From Planctomycetota bacterium (lineage in GTDB: Bacteria > Planctomycetota > UBA1135 > UBA2386): DNA of 64,000 bases. Numbering within the stretch: the first letter of the stretch is position 1; each line of letters starts with the position of its first letter. The notes beneath the pieces are model-generated. The model did no database searches, had not been told where the DNA came from, and saw only the letters and a list, made by a program, of their open reading frames with translations. Shown here piece after piece: positions 38,030-47,595 of the stretch. Location of the stretch: positions 5,536,001-5,600,000 of the forward strand of contig JBKAGP010000001.1 in NCBI GenBank assembly GCA_046290465.1, given 5' to 3'. The position numbers and the translations under genes are program-made.

Positions 38030-38112
38030 TGGGCAAAGCCCCGTCCGCACGCGTACACGCCGCTTCCGCGATCACGGTCGGCAGCGCGTCCACTACATGG
38101 ACGCGCTCCTAG
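38030..38112. repeat. Third copy of the 83-bp element
   Basis: Same sequence with a few substitutions; CTAG at 38026-38029 and 38109-38112. Confidence 0.9.
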
Positions 38113-39653
38113 AGGCCGGCCTTGCAGCGCATGCCGTTGGACGTCACGAAGCCGATCGCGTTGAGCGTCGTCGGCGCCGACGCCTGCGCGAACGCCTCGG
38201 CGCCCAGGAAGATCGTCTGGTTGGGCAGCACGAACTCGATCTTGCTGGTGCCGCTGCTCGCCGGGGCGGTGTAGAGCGCCAGGTTGAGGTTGTTGTAGAC
38301 GAAGCAGCCGGGCCCGCCGAACGGCGCCAGGTTGAAGCCCGGCAGCTCGGTGTCGCCGACCGCGAACACCGCGACCGACGCGGCAGGGTCGATGTTGCTG
38401 GCGGTCAGCTGCCAGATCTCACCGAGCACCGGCGCGGTGCTGTCGAGCGCCAGCGGCGCGGTGTCGGTCGCCGGCACCGCGAACGCGCCGGCCGACAGGT
38501 CGGTCGGGCCGCCGTCGAGGCTGGCGCCGCCCGGCGAGTAGCCGATCAGCCAGTCCTCCGGGTTGCTCGTGCTCAGCGCACCGAACGCGATCGTGTGGTC
38601 CCCGGTCGCGGTGTCGATCGTGAACTGCACCGTGTTGGGTTCGGTCGTGTTCCAACCGAACACGCCGTCGTAGGTGACGGTCGCGACCGTGCCGGACTCC
38701 TCGTACCAGACCTGGCCGCTGCCCGTAGCGTTGGGCTGCAGGTCGGTCCACGCGTAGACGGCGGTGTCGGGGTTGGCGAGGAACGTCGCGACGATCGGCT
38801 CGAAGCCGGTGCTGTTGCCACCGCCGTAGGCGACCCAGCAGTTGGAGCCGACGTGCAGGCCGAGCGTGCCGCCCACCGTCGCGGTGTCGATCTGGTCGTC
38901 GTCGCCGAGCGTCAGTGCGACCGCGCCGCCGCCGATCGGCTGGATCGACGCGGCGGCCGACGCGACGTCGAAGCCGCTGCCGTTGCCGGTCGCGGTGACC
39001 GCGAGGCCGCCGAGGTCCATGCCGAGCGCGTCCATCACCTCGTAGTAGGAGGCGGCCGCTTCGTAGCAGCCCTGGCCGTACGGCGTCGCGCTGGCGAATG
39101 CGGTGCACTGCGCGCTGGTGTCGCCGACGAGGTAGTGGATGTTGCCGTTCCAGACCCGCGGGTTGAAGTTGAGCTGGAACGGGTAGGCGAGGCCCGAGCC
39201 CTCGTAGAACTCGAGGTCGGCGTTCGACGCGAACAGCGCGCCGGTGGCGGTGCCGGAGGTGTAGTTGATCGCCGTGCCGTTGGTGACGGTCACGTAGAAC
39301 GCCTGCGTCGCGCCGGCCGGGACGAACGTGCAGACCGGGATACGCAGCTGCGTCGGCACGTCGGGGCCGTTGGACGTGACGTCGGTGCTGCCGATCAGCG
39401 TCCAGTCGCCGGGGGTGTTGACCGACGGCAGGTACGGGCCGTTGTTGGTCAGCTTGTAGACCTCCATGTTCCATGTGCCCGAGTCGAGGTTGACGTCGAA
39501 GTAGTCGACGGTGATCCCCTGGGCATTGGTGGCGACGAGGTCGAACATGTTGCCCGACTGGCCATTGTTGCTGGCGAAGGTCGTGGTCAACGGGGATTGG
39601 GCCAGCGCGATCCCGCATAGGGCGATCGGCGCGAGCACGTGGTGCATCCGCAT
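38109..39653 (-). CDS. Secreted beta-rich hypothetical protein with C-terminal beta domain
   Basis: Signal ALA|Q; AGGAGA RBS; YGQGC linker; G/T/S/N-rich composition. Confidence 0.85.
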   Translation of the reverse strand: MRMHHVLAPIALCGIALAQSPLTTTFASNNGQSGNMFDLVATNAQGITVDYFDVNLDSGTWNMEVYKLTNNGPYLPSVNTPGDWTLIGSTDVTSNGPDVPTQLRIPVCTFVPAGATQAFYVTVTNGTAINYTSGTATGALFASNADLEFYEGSGLAYPFQLNFNPRVWNGNIHYLVGDTSAQCTAFASATPYGQGCYEAAASYYEVMDALGMDLGGLAVTATGNGSGFDVASAAASIQPIGGGAVALTLGDDDQIDTATVGGTLGLHVGSNCWVAYGGGNSTGFEPIVATFLANPDTAVYAWTDLQPNATGSGQVWYEESGTVATVTYDGVFGWNTTEPNTVQFTIDTATGDHTIAFGALSTSNPEDWLIGYSPGGASLDGGPTDLSAGAFAVPATDTAPLALDSTAPVLGEIWQLTASNIDPAASVAVFAVGDTELPGFNLAPFGGPGCFVYNNLNLALYTAPASSGTSKIEFVLPNQTIFLGAEAFAQASAPTTLNAIGFVTSNGMRCKAGL

Positions 39654-39791
39654 GGTCTCTCCTGGGTGACGTGGTGTCGTCGCGTCGGGCCGGGGCCCGG
39701 CCCTTGCGACGGCCTTGACGATACCGAAGATCCCTTGCCATGGGGCGGTGCCCAGTGCGTATCCGGCCGGTTTGGTTCGGCCAGGCCGGAC

Positions 39792-40859
39792 TCAGCGCGG
39801 CGTCCGGGCTGCGCAGCCGGTCACCTGCCAGCGGCCGTCGGCCGCGCGCCGCATCGAGATGAGCCATTGCGGCCATTGTGCGGTAAAGCCGCCACCGTCG
39901 GTCGCGACGACGGCGAACGGCTCGTCGCCAGGTGGCGCCGCCAGCCCGGCCGGCAGCTCGACGCCCTTGGCCAGGTAGGGGGCGACGACTCGTTCGCGGG
40001 CGATCGTGGGGCGCTGGTGTCGCTTGCTCCGGTTGCCCGGTCGCGCCGCTGGATCTTCTGCCGGATCTTCTTCAGCGACCGTCTGCTCGAGGCGCAGCGC
40101 CGCCGCCAAGCCGCGGGCCAGCTGCCGCGGCTCGAACCCTCTTCCGCGCTCGTCGACGGCCACGAACGCCATCGCGTGTTGCCACGGGAGCGCGTCGGTC
40201 TCGCGCGCGAGCGTGAAGCCGTGGCTGGCCATCTCGCGGATCACCTGCGCCTTGCTCATCATGTGCTCGGGCTTGATCGGCACCTCGGGGGCCTCGGCGC
40301 GGAACTCGACCAGCACCACCTCGCCGCCGGGCGCGAGCGCGCGGCGCACGTGCTGCAGCACGCGCACCGGGTGGGACAGTTCGTGGTAGACGTCGACCAT
40401 CAGCACGAGGTCGCACGAGGCCTTCGGCAGCTTCGGGTCGTCCACGGTGGCCTCGACGAACGTGACGTTGTCGAGGGCGACTTCGTCGGTGCGCTGCTCG
40501 AGCATCTTCAGCATCTGCGGCTGCAGGTCGACCGCGAACATGCGGCCGCCGCTGCCGACCTGACGGGCGAGCGGCACGGTGTGGTAACCGTTGCCGCAGC
40601 CGAGGTCGCAGATCGACTGGCCCGGCCGGACGGCGAGCCAGCGGCGCAGCGCGACGCCGTTCTCCTCGTCCTCGCGGGTGCGGCGCATCAGCCAGCCGGC
40701 ACCGGTCCAGTGCATCGTGTGCGCGATCTCGCGGCCGAGGTAACGCTCGCGGCCGGCCGGCGTCGACTCCGGGTCGACCGTCTGCGGCTCGGTGGTGGCG
40801 ACGGGTCGCTGCGGCGGGGCGCCGAGCGAGAGCAACAGGCACGCGGTGGAGACGAGCAT
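39792..40859 (-). CDS. Class I SAM-dependent methyltransferase (exported)
   Basis: RYLGREIAHTM, CDLGCGNGY, AVDLQPQML, MVDVYHE, LPWQH. Confidence 0.88.
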   Translation of the reverse strand: MLVSTACLLLSLGAPPQRPVATTEPQTVDPESTPAGRERYLGREIAHTMHWTGAGWLMRRTREDEENGVALRRWLAVRPGQSICDLGCGNGYHTVPLARQVGSGGRMFAVDLQPQMLKMLEQRTDEVALDNVTFVEATVDDPKLPKASCDLVLMVDVYHELSHPVRVLQHVRRALAPGGEVVLVEFRAEAPEVPIKPEHMMSKAQVIREMASHGFTLARETDALPWQHAMAFVAVDERGRGFEPRQLARGLAAALRLEQTVAEEDPAEDPAARPGNRSKRHQRPTIARERVVAPYLAKGVELPAGLAAPPGDEPFAVVATDGGGFTAQWPQWLISMRRAADGRWQVTGCAARTPR

Positions 40860-40992
40860 CCTGGTGGCTACGATAGCGCCGCGCACCGGCCTGCAGGACC
40901 GCCGTCCGACAGGTCGTGCCAGCCGGCGGCCACTTCGGCCGCCGACCGCCTTCGCGAAATCCTTCGCGAACCGTTCGTAGCGCGCGCCGCCC

Positions 40993-42429
40993 ATGCCGAC
41001 CCCCGAAAGCCCGGTCCGTTCTCCGTTCTGCCAGAACCTGCTGGCCGCACCGCTGATGGCGCTGGCCGCGACGCTCGCCGCCTGTGGCGCGACCGCGCAC
41101 AAGGTCGCGTTCGCGACGGCTGCGCCGTTCGAGGTCCAGGGCAGTTCGGCGGTTGCGCCGGTCGGCGCGCCGCAGGTGCAGGACCCGGTGCGCTCCGATC
41201 CGGGCAGCAAGGACCCAGCTCGCCAGGACCCTGGTCGCCAGGAGCCAGGTTGGCAGGACCCTGGTGATCCGGATCGTGGCCCCCAGGACGGCGAACAGGA
41301 CGAAGCCCGCTACGACGACGCGCCGCCGACCTACGCCAGCCTCGACCTCGGCGTCGCCGAGACCGGCATCAGCTTCGGCAACTCCGAGCGGTGGAACGGC
41401 CTGCGCTGCAACTGGCGCGACCACGGCGTCGACGAGGTCCTCGGGCTCAACCTGACGCTCTGGTCGCCGCGAGGTGACGGCATCGACTCGTTCACCGGCA
41501 TCGCGATCGGCGCCGCGCCGGCCGCCCGTTCGAGCACCGGCCTGCGGGTCGGCTTCGCGACCGTCGCCGGCCGCGACGTCACCGGCATCGACGTTTCGCT
41601 GCTGGCCGCGGTGTCGCAGGGCTCGGCCACGGCGATCCGGGTCGCGGGCCTGGCCGCCGTCAGCGAGGCCGACACCACCGGCATCGAGGTCGCCGGCCTC
41701 GCCACGGTCAGCGAAGGGCGCGCGGCGGGCGTGCACTTCGGCGGCCTCGCGACCGTCGCCGAGGGCGGCTTCACCGGCATCCAGGGCGCGGGCCTCGCGA
41801 CGGTCGCCGAGCACGACATCACCGGCATCACCGCCTCGGGGATCGCGTCGGTCTCGCAGGGCGACATCACCGGCCTGACCGTCGGCGGCTTCGCGGTCGT
41901 CGCCGAGGGCTCGGTCACCGGCATCCACGCCGCCGGCCTCGCGACCGTCAGCCAAGGCAGCATCACCGGTATCGGCGTCAGCGGCCTCGCGACCGTCAGT
42001 GAGGGCAGCGTCGCCGGCCTGCACGCGGCCGGCCTCGGCCTGGTCGCCGAGTCCGGCGTGCAGGGGATCGGCGTCGCCGGCGTCGCGCTCGGCGACCCGA
42101 GCGGCAGCTTCTTCGACTTCTCGCCGCGCCGCGCGACCGCCGAAGGTCGCACTGCGTCGCGCAACCGCGGCATCCTGGTCGCCGGCCTGAAGGCCGACGC
42201 GGCCAGCGTCGAGGGCATCACGGTCGCCGGCCTGCTCAACCGCAGCCGCGACTTCGACGGCATCGGCGTGTCGCTGCACAACTCGGTCAGCGGCATGCAG
42301 CGCGGCCTGCAGGTCGGTCTGGTCAACTACGCCGAGGACCTGCGCGGCGTGCAGATCGGCCTGATCAACCACGTGCCGAGCAACCCGTGGCCGCTGCGCT
42401 GGCTGCCGCTCGTCAACTTCCGTTTCTGA
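40993..42429 (+). CDS. Lipoprotein with 15-aa beta-solenoid repeats (LA_2272-like)
   Basis: LAA|C; repeated G..TGI...GLATV.E; GLQVGLVN/GVQIGLIN; C-terminal LPLVNFRF. Start may be 41056. Confidence 0.82.
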   Translation: MPTPESPVRSPFCQNLLAAPLMALAATLAACGATAHKVAFATAAPFEVQGSSAVAPVGAPQVQDPVRSDPGSKDPARQDPGRQEPGWQDPGDPDRGPQDGEQDEARYDDAPPTYASLDLGVAETGISFGNSERWNGLRCNWRDHGVDEVLGLNLTLWSPRGDGIDSFTGIAIGAAPAARSSTGLRVGFATVAGRDVTGIDVSLLAAVSQGSATAIRVAGLAAVSEADTTGIEVAGLATVSEGRAAGVHFGGLATVAEGGFTGIQGAGLATVAEHDITGITASGIASVSQGDITGLTVGGFAVVAEGSVTGIHAAGLATVSQGSITGIGVSGLATVSEGSVAGLHAAGLGLVAESGVQGIGVAGVALGDPSGSFFDFSPRRATAEGRTASRNRGILVAGLKADAASVEGITVAGLLNRSRDFDGIGVSLHNSVSGMQRGLQVGLVNYAEDLRGVQIGLINHVPSNPWPLRWLPLVNFRF

Positions 42430-42471
42430 CCGGAGCCTTCGCCTCGGCGGTACGTCGCTATGGTGCTGGCG

Positions 42472-43515
42472 ATGTCGGCAGTCGACGGAGCACCCGGGTA
42501 CGGAAGCGGCGGCACCAGGCCGTGGTGGCGGCGCGTTGCGGGCCTCGTCGGGCTCGTCGCGGCGTGGACGCTGGCGGTGGTCTGGCTGGCGTGGGCGGCC
42601 GGTGCGCTGTGGTTCGACCTGCCGCCTTCGTGGCCGAGCGGCGTGCTGGCGATCGCCTACCTGGTCGCGACGGCCGCGGCCGCTGCGTTGGTCGGGCGCC
42701 GACGCCTGCTGGTGGTGCTGGCGTGCTGCGCGCTGGTCAACGCCGGCTGGCTGCTGCAGGCGCCGTCCAACGACCGCGACTGGCAGCCCAACGTCGCCGT
42801 GCAGGCCCACGCCGAACGCGACGGCGACGTCGTCACGCTGTACGGGGTCCGCAACACCGACTACCGCACCGAGCACGACTACACCGTGCGTCGCAAGACC
42901 CGCGTCGTGCGCCTGTCGCAGCTGCAGGGCGTCGACCTGTTCTTGTGCTACTGGGGCTCCCCGTGGATCGCGCACCCGTTCGTGAGCTTCCGGTTCGCGG
43001 ACGCCGAGCCGATCTGCTTCTCGATCGAGACCCGCATGGAGCGCGGCGAGAGCTACTCGACGTTCGGCGGCCTCTACCGCCGCTACGAACTGACCTACTC
43101 GGTCGGCGAGGAGCGCGACTTCGTCGGGCTGCGCGCGATCTGGCGCCAGGGTGAGGACGTCTACCTGTACCGGCTGCGGGTCGGGCCTGAGCGCGCGCGC
43201 GAGCTGTTCGTCGAGTACTGCGAGGCGTGCAACGAGCTGCGGCAGCACCCGCGCTTCTACAACGTGCTGACCAACAACTGCACGAGCAACATTCGCACGC
43301 ACATGGTCGCGACCGCCGAGCGGCCGCGGCCGTGGGACTGGCGCATCCTGATGAGCGGCAAGCTCGACGAACTGCTGCACGAGCGCGGCGGCCTGGTCTC
43401 GGAGCTGCCGATCGAGCAGCTCAAGCCGCGCTGCCTGGTCGACGACGCCGCGCGCCGCCACGTCGACGCGCCCGACTTCTCGCAGCGCATTCGGCAGGGC
43501 GTGCCCGGGTTCTGA
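42472..43515 (+). CDS. DUF4105 (Lnb-like) domain membrane protein
   Basis: PSNDRDWQP, WGSPWIAHPFVSF, FSIETR, FYNVLTNNCTSNI. Confidence 0.85.
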   Translation: MSAVDGAPGYGSGGTRPWWRRVAGLVGLVAAWTLAVVWLAWAAGALWFDLPPSWPSGVLAIAYLVATAAAAALVGRRRLLVVLACCALVNAGWLLQAPSNDRDWQPNVAVQAHAERDGDVVTLYGVRNTDYRTEHDYTVRRKTRVVRLSQLQGVDLFLCYWGSPWIAHPFVSFRFADAEPICFSIETRMERGESYSTFGGLYRRYELTYSVGEERDFVGLRAIWRQGEDVYLYRLRVGPERARELFVEYCEACNELRQHPRFYNVLTNNCTSNIRTHMVATAERPRPWDWRILMSGKLDELLHERGGLVSELPIEQLKPRCLVDDAARRHVDAPDFSQRIRQGVPGF

Positions 43516-43540
43516 GCAGGGTTCTGAGCAGGGGTTCTGA
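43507..43540 (+). repeat. 12-bp tandem repeat GGGTTCTGAGCA spanning the stop codon
   Basis: GGGTTCTGAGCA GGGTTCTGAGCA G GGGTTCTGA. Confidence 0.85.
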
Positions 43541-43623
43541 AGAATCCGGCGGCCGGCCCCGCGCGAAGCTCGCCCCATCACGGCTACAATCGGCGGCTGC
43601 CCTGCCGGTCCGCCCGTTGTCCC

Positions 43624-44142
43624 ATGGCCTACAGCTACGCCGCCTTCGCGACCTTCCCGGATCGTGAGACCGCGCAGACCGCGCTGGTCGACCTGCCCGA
43701 CTTCGGCCTCGGCTACGTCAAGGTCAAGCTGTTCGAGTGCCGTTCGCGCGACTCGCAGGCGACGATCCTGGACGGCCTGATGAGCAACGGCACCTGGGCC
43801 GAGTCGGACGGCCGGCGCGGGCTCACCATCGGCCTCGGGCTCGGCGGCTCGGTCGGCGCCGTCGCCGGCTGCCTGGTCTGGAGCGTGCTCGAGATGTCGG
43901 CGTGGAACGGGCTGATGTTCGGCACGTTCATGGGGCTGTTGTTCGGCGCGGTGGTGTCCGGCATCGTCGGCGCCGGCCTCGTCAACCCGCGGCTGGTGCG
44001 CACCGTGCACGCGCTCGAGAACGGCCAGGTGCTGGTCTCGGTGTCGTGCCGCACGCGCGACGAGCACGCGATGGCGATGCGGCTGCTGCGCACCGGCTGC
44101 CTGCAGCTGGAGACCGACCGGCCGCGGCGCCTGCCGGCCTGA
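43624..44142 (+). CDS. Small glycine-zipper membrane protein
   Basis: Two Gly-rich TM helices inside a ferredoxin-like pattern (ATF.D...A..A; GQVLVSV). Confidence 0.7.
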   Translation: MAYSYAAFATFPDRETAQTALVDLPDFGLGYVKVKLFECRSRDSQATILDGLMSNGTWAESDGRRGLTIGLGLGGSVGAVAGCLVWSVLEMSAWNGLMFGTFMGLLFGAVVSGIVGAGLVNPRLVRTVHALENGQVLVSVSCRTRDEHAMAMRLLRTGCLQLETDRPRRLPA

Positions 44143-44205
44143 CGCCTCGCGGGTGCTGGCCGCCCGCCGGTGGTCGTCGACACGGCGGCGCCTTACGCTG
44201 TCGGC

Positions 44206-44571
44206 ATGATCCGCAACCTCGTGTTCCCGTCTGCGATCGCGCTGACCCTGGTGTTCGGCGCGTGCACCTCCGAGAAGCCCAGCAACCAGGGTTCGCCGAA
44301 CCAGCAGGCTCCCAAGCCCGAGGCGTCGGCGGTCAGCGATCGCGTGGTCGCCGAGGCGGCGACGTTCGACGCCAAGTGCGGCTGCTCGATCGAGGGCGTC
44401 GGCCACTGCGGCAACTTCGTCATGATCGACGGCCACTACATCCCGATCGTGCATGCGAGCCTCGGCCGCATGGAGTGGTGCGGCAAGAAGGACTCGGGCG
44501 CCAAGATCGAGGCGAGCGGCGAGATCAAGGACGGCAAGTTCGTCGCCAAGCAGATCAAGACGCTGGAGTAG
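44206..44571 (+). CDS. Small Cys-rich lipoprotein
   Basis: FGA|C lipobox; KCGC......CG......WC. Confidence 0.75.
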   Translation: MIRNLVFPSAIALTLVFGACTSEKPSNQGSPNQQAPKPEASAVSDRVVAEAATFDAKCGCSIEGVGHCGNFVMIDGHYIPIVHASLGRMEWCGKKDSGAKIEASGEIKDGKFVAKQIKTLE

Positions 44572-44575
44572 CCAC

Positions 44576-46180
44576 GTGCGCGCCACGCCCCTGCGCCGGT
44601 TGGCCGCCGCAGCCCTGCTCTGCTGCGCGTCGGTCGCGGCGCAGCAGCTGCCGAACGTCGTGATCGTCTACGCCGACGATCTCGGCTACGGCGACCTGTC
44701 CTGCTACAACGCCAAGGCCGCCTGCCGCACGCCGCACCTCGACCGGATGGCGGCCGAGGGGGTGCGCTTCACCGACGCGCACAGCCCGTCGACGATCTGC
44801 AGTCCGTCGCGCTACGGCCTGCTGTCGGGCCAGCAGATCTACCGTTCGACCGGTCGCGGCGGCGGCGCGTGGGAGGGGCCGGGCGGCCCGAGCTACCTCA
44901 AGCCCGGCACCCTGACGCTGGCGCAGATGCTGCAGCAGAAGGGCTACCGCACCGGCGTGTTCGGCAAGTGGCACGTCGGGCTGACCTGGCTCGACCAGGA
45001 CGGCAACAAGCTCGGCGGCGGCTTCGAGAACTCGCTGCGCATCGACTACGAGAAGAGCACGCCGCTGGTCGACGGCCCCAACGCACGCGGCTTCGACGAG
45101 TCGTTCGTGACGCCCAACTGTCCGACCACCGACCCGCTCTACATCTACATCGAGAACGGCATGGTGCCGGTGCCCGCGAGCAAGCGGCACAAGCGCAAGA
45201 CCCTGCCGAACCCGGGCGGCAAGTGGCGTTGGGACAACGACGAGGGCTGGATGGCGGAGGGCTACGAGTTCGTCGAGGCGGACCTGCTGTTCTTCGCCAA
45301 GGCCGAGGCGTTCGTCACCGAACACCGCGCCAAGGCGCCGGAGCAGCCGTTCTTCCTGTTGTTGTCGACGCAGATCTGCCACGCGCCGGTGCTGCCGGCC
45401 AAGGAGTTCGCGAACCGGAGCAAGGGCGGCCCGCGCGGCGACTTCGTCGAAGAGCTCGACGCGCTGGTGGGGCGGATGTTCACGCTGCTCGAGCAGCAGG
45501 GAATTGCCGACGACACGATCGTGCTGTTCCACAGCGACAACGGCCCCGAGACGATCCACACCGCGTGGATGCGCAAGGACCACGACCACGACGCCGCCGG
45601 CGGCTGGCGCGGGGTCAAGCGCGACGGCTGGGAGGGCGGCCACCGGGTGCCGCTGTTGGCGTGGTGGCCCGGGCGCTTCCCGGCCGGGCTGGTCACCGAC
45701 CAGATGACCAACACGACCGACATGTTCGCGACGCTGGCGTCGGTGGTGGGGTTTGCGCTGCCCGACGAGCAGGCGCGCGACAGCTTCGACATGCTGCCGG
45801 CGATGCTCGGCGTGCAGCCGCCCGACGAGAGCATCCGCCCGCACTTGTTGACCCAGAGCTTCCGCGGCGAGTTCCAGCTGCGCGTCGGTTCGTGGAAGTA
45901 CCTCGACCACCGGGGCTCGGGCGGCAACCGCTACGACCGCGGCGCGATGAAGGAGTACGCGCTGCCCGAGAAGGAGCCGGACGCCAGCGGCCAGCTCTAC
46001 GACCTCGCCGAGGATCCGGGCGAGACCGACAACCTGTTCTTCCGCGAACGGGCGCGCCGCCAGCGCATGCAGGCGCTGCTGCAGGAGCTCAAGCAGAGCG
46101 GGCGCAGTGCGCCGAAGGGGCGCCGACCGCTCGGGCCGGCGGGGGTCGCGGCGGCCGTCGCCGAGCGCGAACGGCGCTAG
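44576..46180 (+). CDS. Arylsulfatase (FGly type)
   Basis: PNVVIVYADDLGYGD, CSPSRYGLLSG, GKWHVG, SDNG, EGGHRVP. Confidence 0.93.
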   Translation: MRATPLRRLAAAALLCCASVAAQQLPNVVIVYADDLGYGDLSCYNAKAACRTPHLDRMAAEGVRFTDAHSPSTICSPSRYGLLSGQQIYRSTGRGGGAWEGPGGPSYLKPGTLTLAQMLQQKGYRTGVFGKWHVGLTWLDQDGNKLGGGFENSLRIDYEKSTPLVDGPNARGFDESFVTPNCPTTDPLYIYIENGMVPVPASKRHKRKTLPNPGGKWRWDNDEGWMAEGYEFVEADLLFFAKAEAFVTEHRAKAPEQPFFLLLSTQICHAPVLPAKEFANRSKGGPRGDFVEELDALVGRMFTLLEQQGIADDTIVLFHSDNGPETIHTAWMRKDHDHDAAGGWRGVKRDGWEGGHRVPLLAWWPGRFPAGLVTDQMTNTTDMFATLASVVGFALPDEQARDSFDMLPAMLGVQPPDESIRPHLLTQSFRGEFQLRVGSWKYLDHRGSGGNRYDRGAMKEYALPEKEPDASGQLYDLAEDPGETDNLFFRERARRQRMQALLQELKQSGRSAPKGRRPLGPAGVAAAVAERERR

Positions 46181-46265
46181 CAGCGGGTTGCGCGCAAGCG
46201 CGCCGCGCGCCGGACTTCTTGTCACCGGTCGCATCCGCCTGCGGATCCTCTGCGATCACGTCTCC

Positions 46266-46793
46266 GTGACTCCTCCCGCCATCGCACCCGCCGAGCCTCT
46301 CGCGGCGCGCGCCTTCGCGATCCGCGTCGAGAAGGAGCACCTGAAGTTCAGCGCGGCGCACTTTCTGATCTTCGCCGACGGCACCGCCGAACGGCTGCAC
46401 GGGCACAACTACCGCGTCGCGGTCGAACTCGAGGCGGCGGCGCTGGAGCACGGCGTGATCGTCGACTTCCTGGTCGTCAAGCAGCTGCTGGCGGCGCTGC
46501 TCGAGCGGCTCGACGAACGCTTCCTGGTGCCGGGGCGCAACGAACTGCTGACCTTCGAAGAACACGACGACGAACTCACCGTGCGCTTCGATCGCCGTCG
46601 CTACGTGGTGCCGGTCGACGAAGTCGTCGTGCTGCCGATCACCAACACCAGCACCGAAGAGCTGGCCGGCTACCTCGCCAACGAACTGCTGCGCGGCCTC
46701 CGCGACTCCGTCCCCGACGTGAGCTGGGCGCGCATCGAGGTCGGCGTCGAGGAGACCTCGGGGCAGCGCGGCCTCTGCATCCTGCGACCATGA
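46266..46793 (+). CDS. queD: 6-carboxy-tetrahydropterin / 6-pyruvoyl-tetrahydropterin synthase
   Basis: [25 protein letters not shown]; overlaps the folE start. Confidence 0.8.
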   Translation: MTPPAIAPAEPLAARAFAIRVEKEHLKFSAAHFLIFADGTAERLHGHNYRVAVELEAAALEHGVIVDFLVVKQLLAALLERLDERFLVPGRNELLTFEEHDDELTVRFDRRRYVVPVDEVVVLPITNTSTEELAGYLANELLRGLRDSVPDVSWARIEVGVEETSGQRGLCILRP

Positions 46794-47413
46794 CCGAACT
46801 GCTGCCGATCCGAGAGTCCGCCCGTCCGCGTGCGGTGTCCACCCGTCCGACGCGTGCCGAGGCGGTCGCCGCGATCCGCACGCTGCTGCGCTGGATCGGC
46901 GAGGACCCGGAGCGCGAAGGCCTGCTCGAGACGCCGGATCGGGTGCTGCGCGCCTACGACGAGGTGTTCCAGGGCTATGGCCAGGATCCCGCCGACGTGC
47001 TCGCCAAGACGTTCGACGAGACCGCGTCCTACAACGGGGCGGTCGTCGTGCGCGACATCGCGGTGCGCTCGCACTGCGAGCACCACATGGTGCCGTTCGT
47101 CGGCCGCGCGCACGTCGCCTACCTGCCCGACCAGAAGGTCGTCGGCCTCAGCAAGCTCGCGCGCCTGGTCGACGGCTACGCCCGCCGCCTGCAGATCCAG
47201 GAACGGCTGACCGCCGAGATCGCGACGTCGCTGATGACGGCGCTGCGCCCGCGCGGCGTCGCCGTCGTCGTCGAGGCCGAGCACCACTGCATGACGATGC
47301 GCGGCGTGCGCAACCCCGGCGCGCTGACCGTCACCCAGCACCTGTGCGGCGTCTACGAGCAGGACCGGGAGCTGCGCGCCGAGATCGTGCACGAGCTGCG
47401 CCGCGATCGCTGA
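46790..47413 (+). CDS. folE: GTP cyclohydrolase I
   Basis: [43 protein letters not shown]. Confidence 0.95.
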   Translation: MTELLPIRESARPRAVSTRPTRAEAVAAIRTLLRWIGEDPEREGLLETPDRVLRAYDEVFQGYGQDPADVLAKTFDETASYNGAVVVRDIAVRSHCEHHMVPFVGRAHVAYLPDQKVVGLSKLARLVDGYARRLQIQERLTAEIATSLMTALRPRGVAVVVEAEHHCMTMRGVRNPGALTVTQHLCGVYEQDRELRAEIVHELRRDR

Positions 47414-47595
47414 CGGGCCGGCGCATCGGCGCAGGTCGGGCGCGCGTCTGTTGTAACGCCGCGGGAACGCGCTGTCGCAGGACGGTGCCAGCGTGACCAC
47501 GCACAGTTGCGGAGATCGGCGGTGCATGTGTGCACCCGCCGCCGTCGGGCGCGCGTCGCCAGGCATCGCGGCATGACGGTTGCTCTGTCGGCCGC

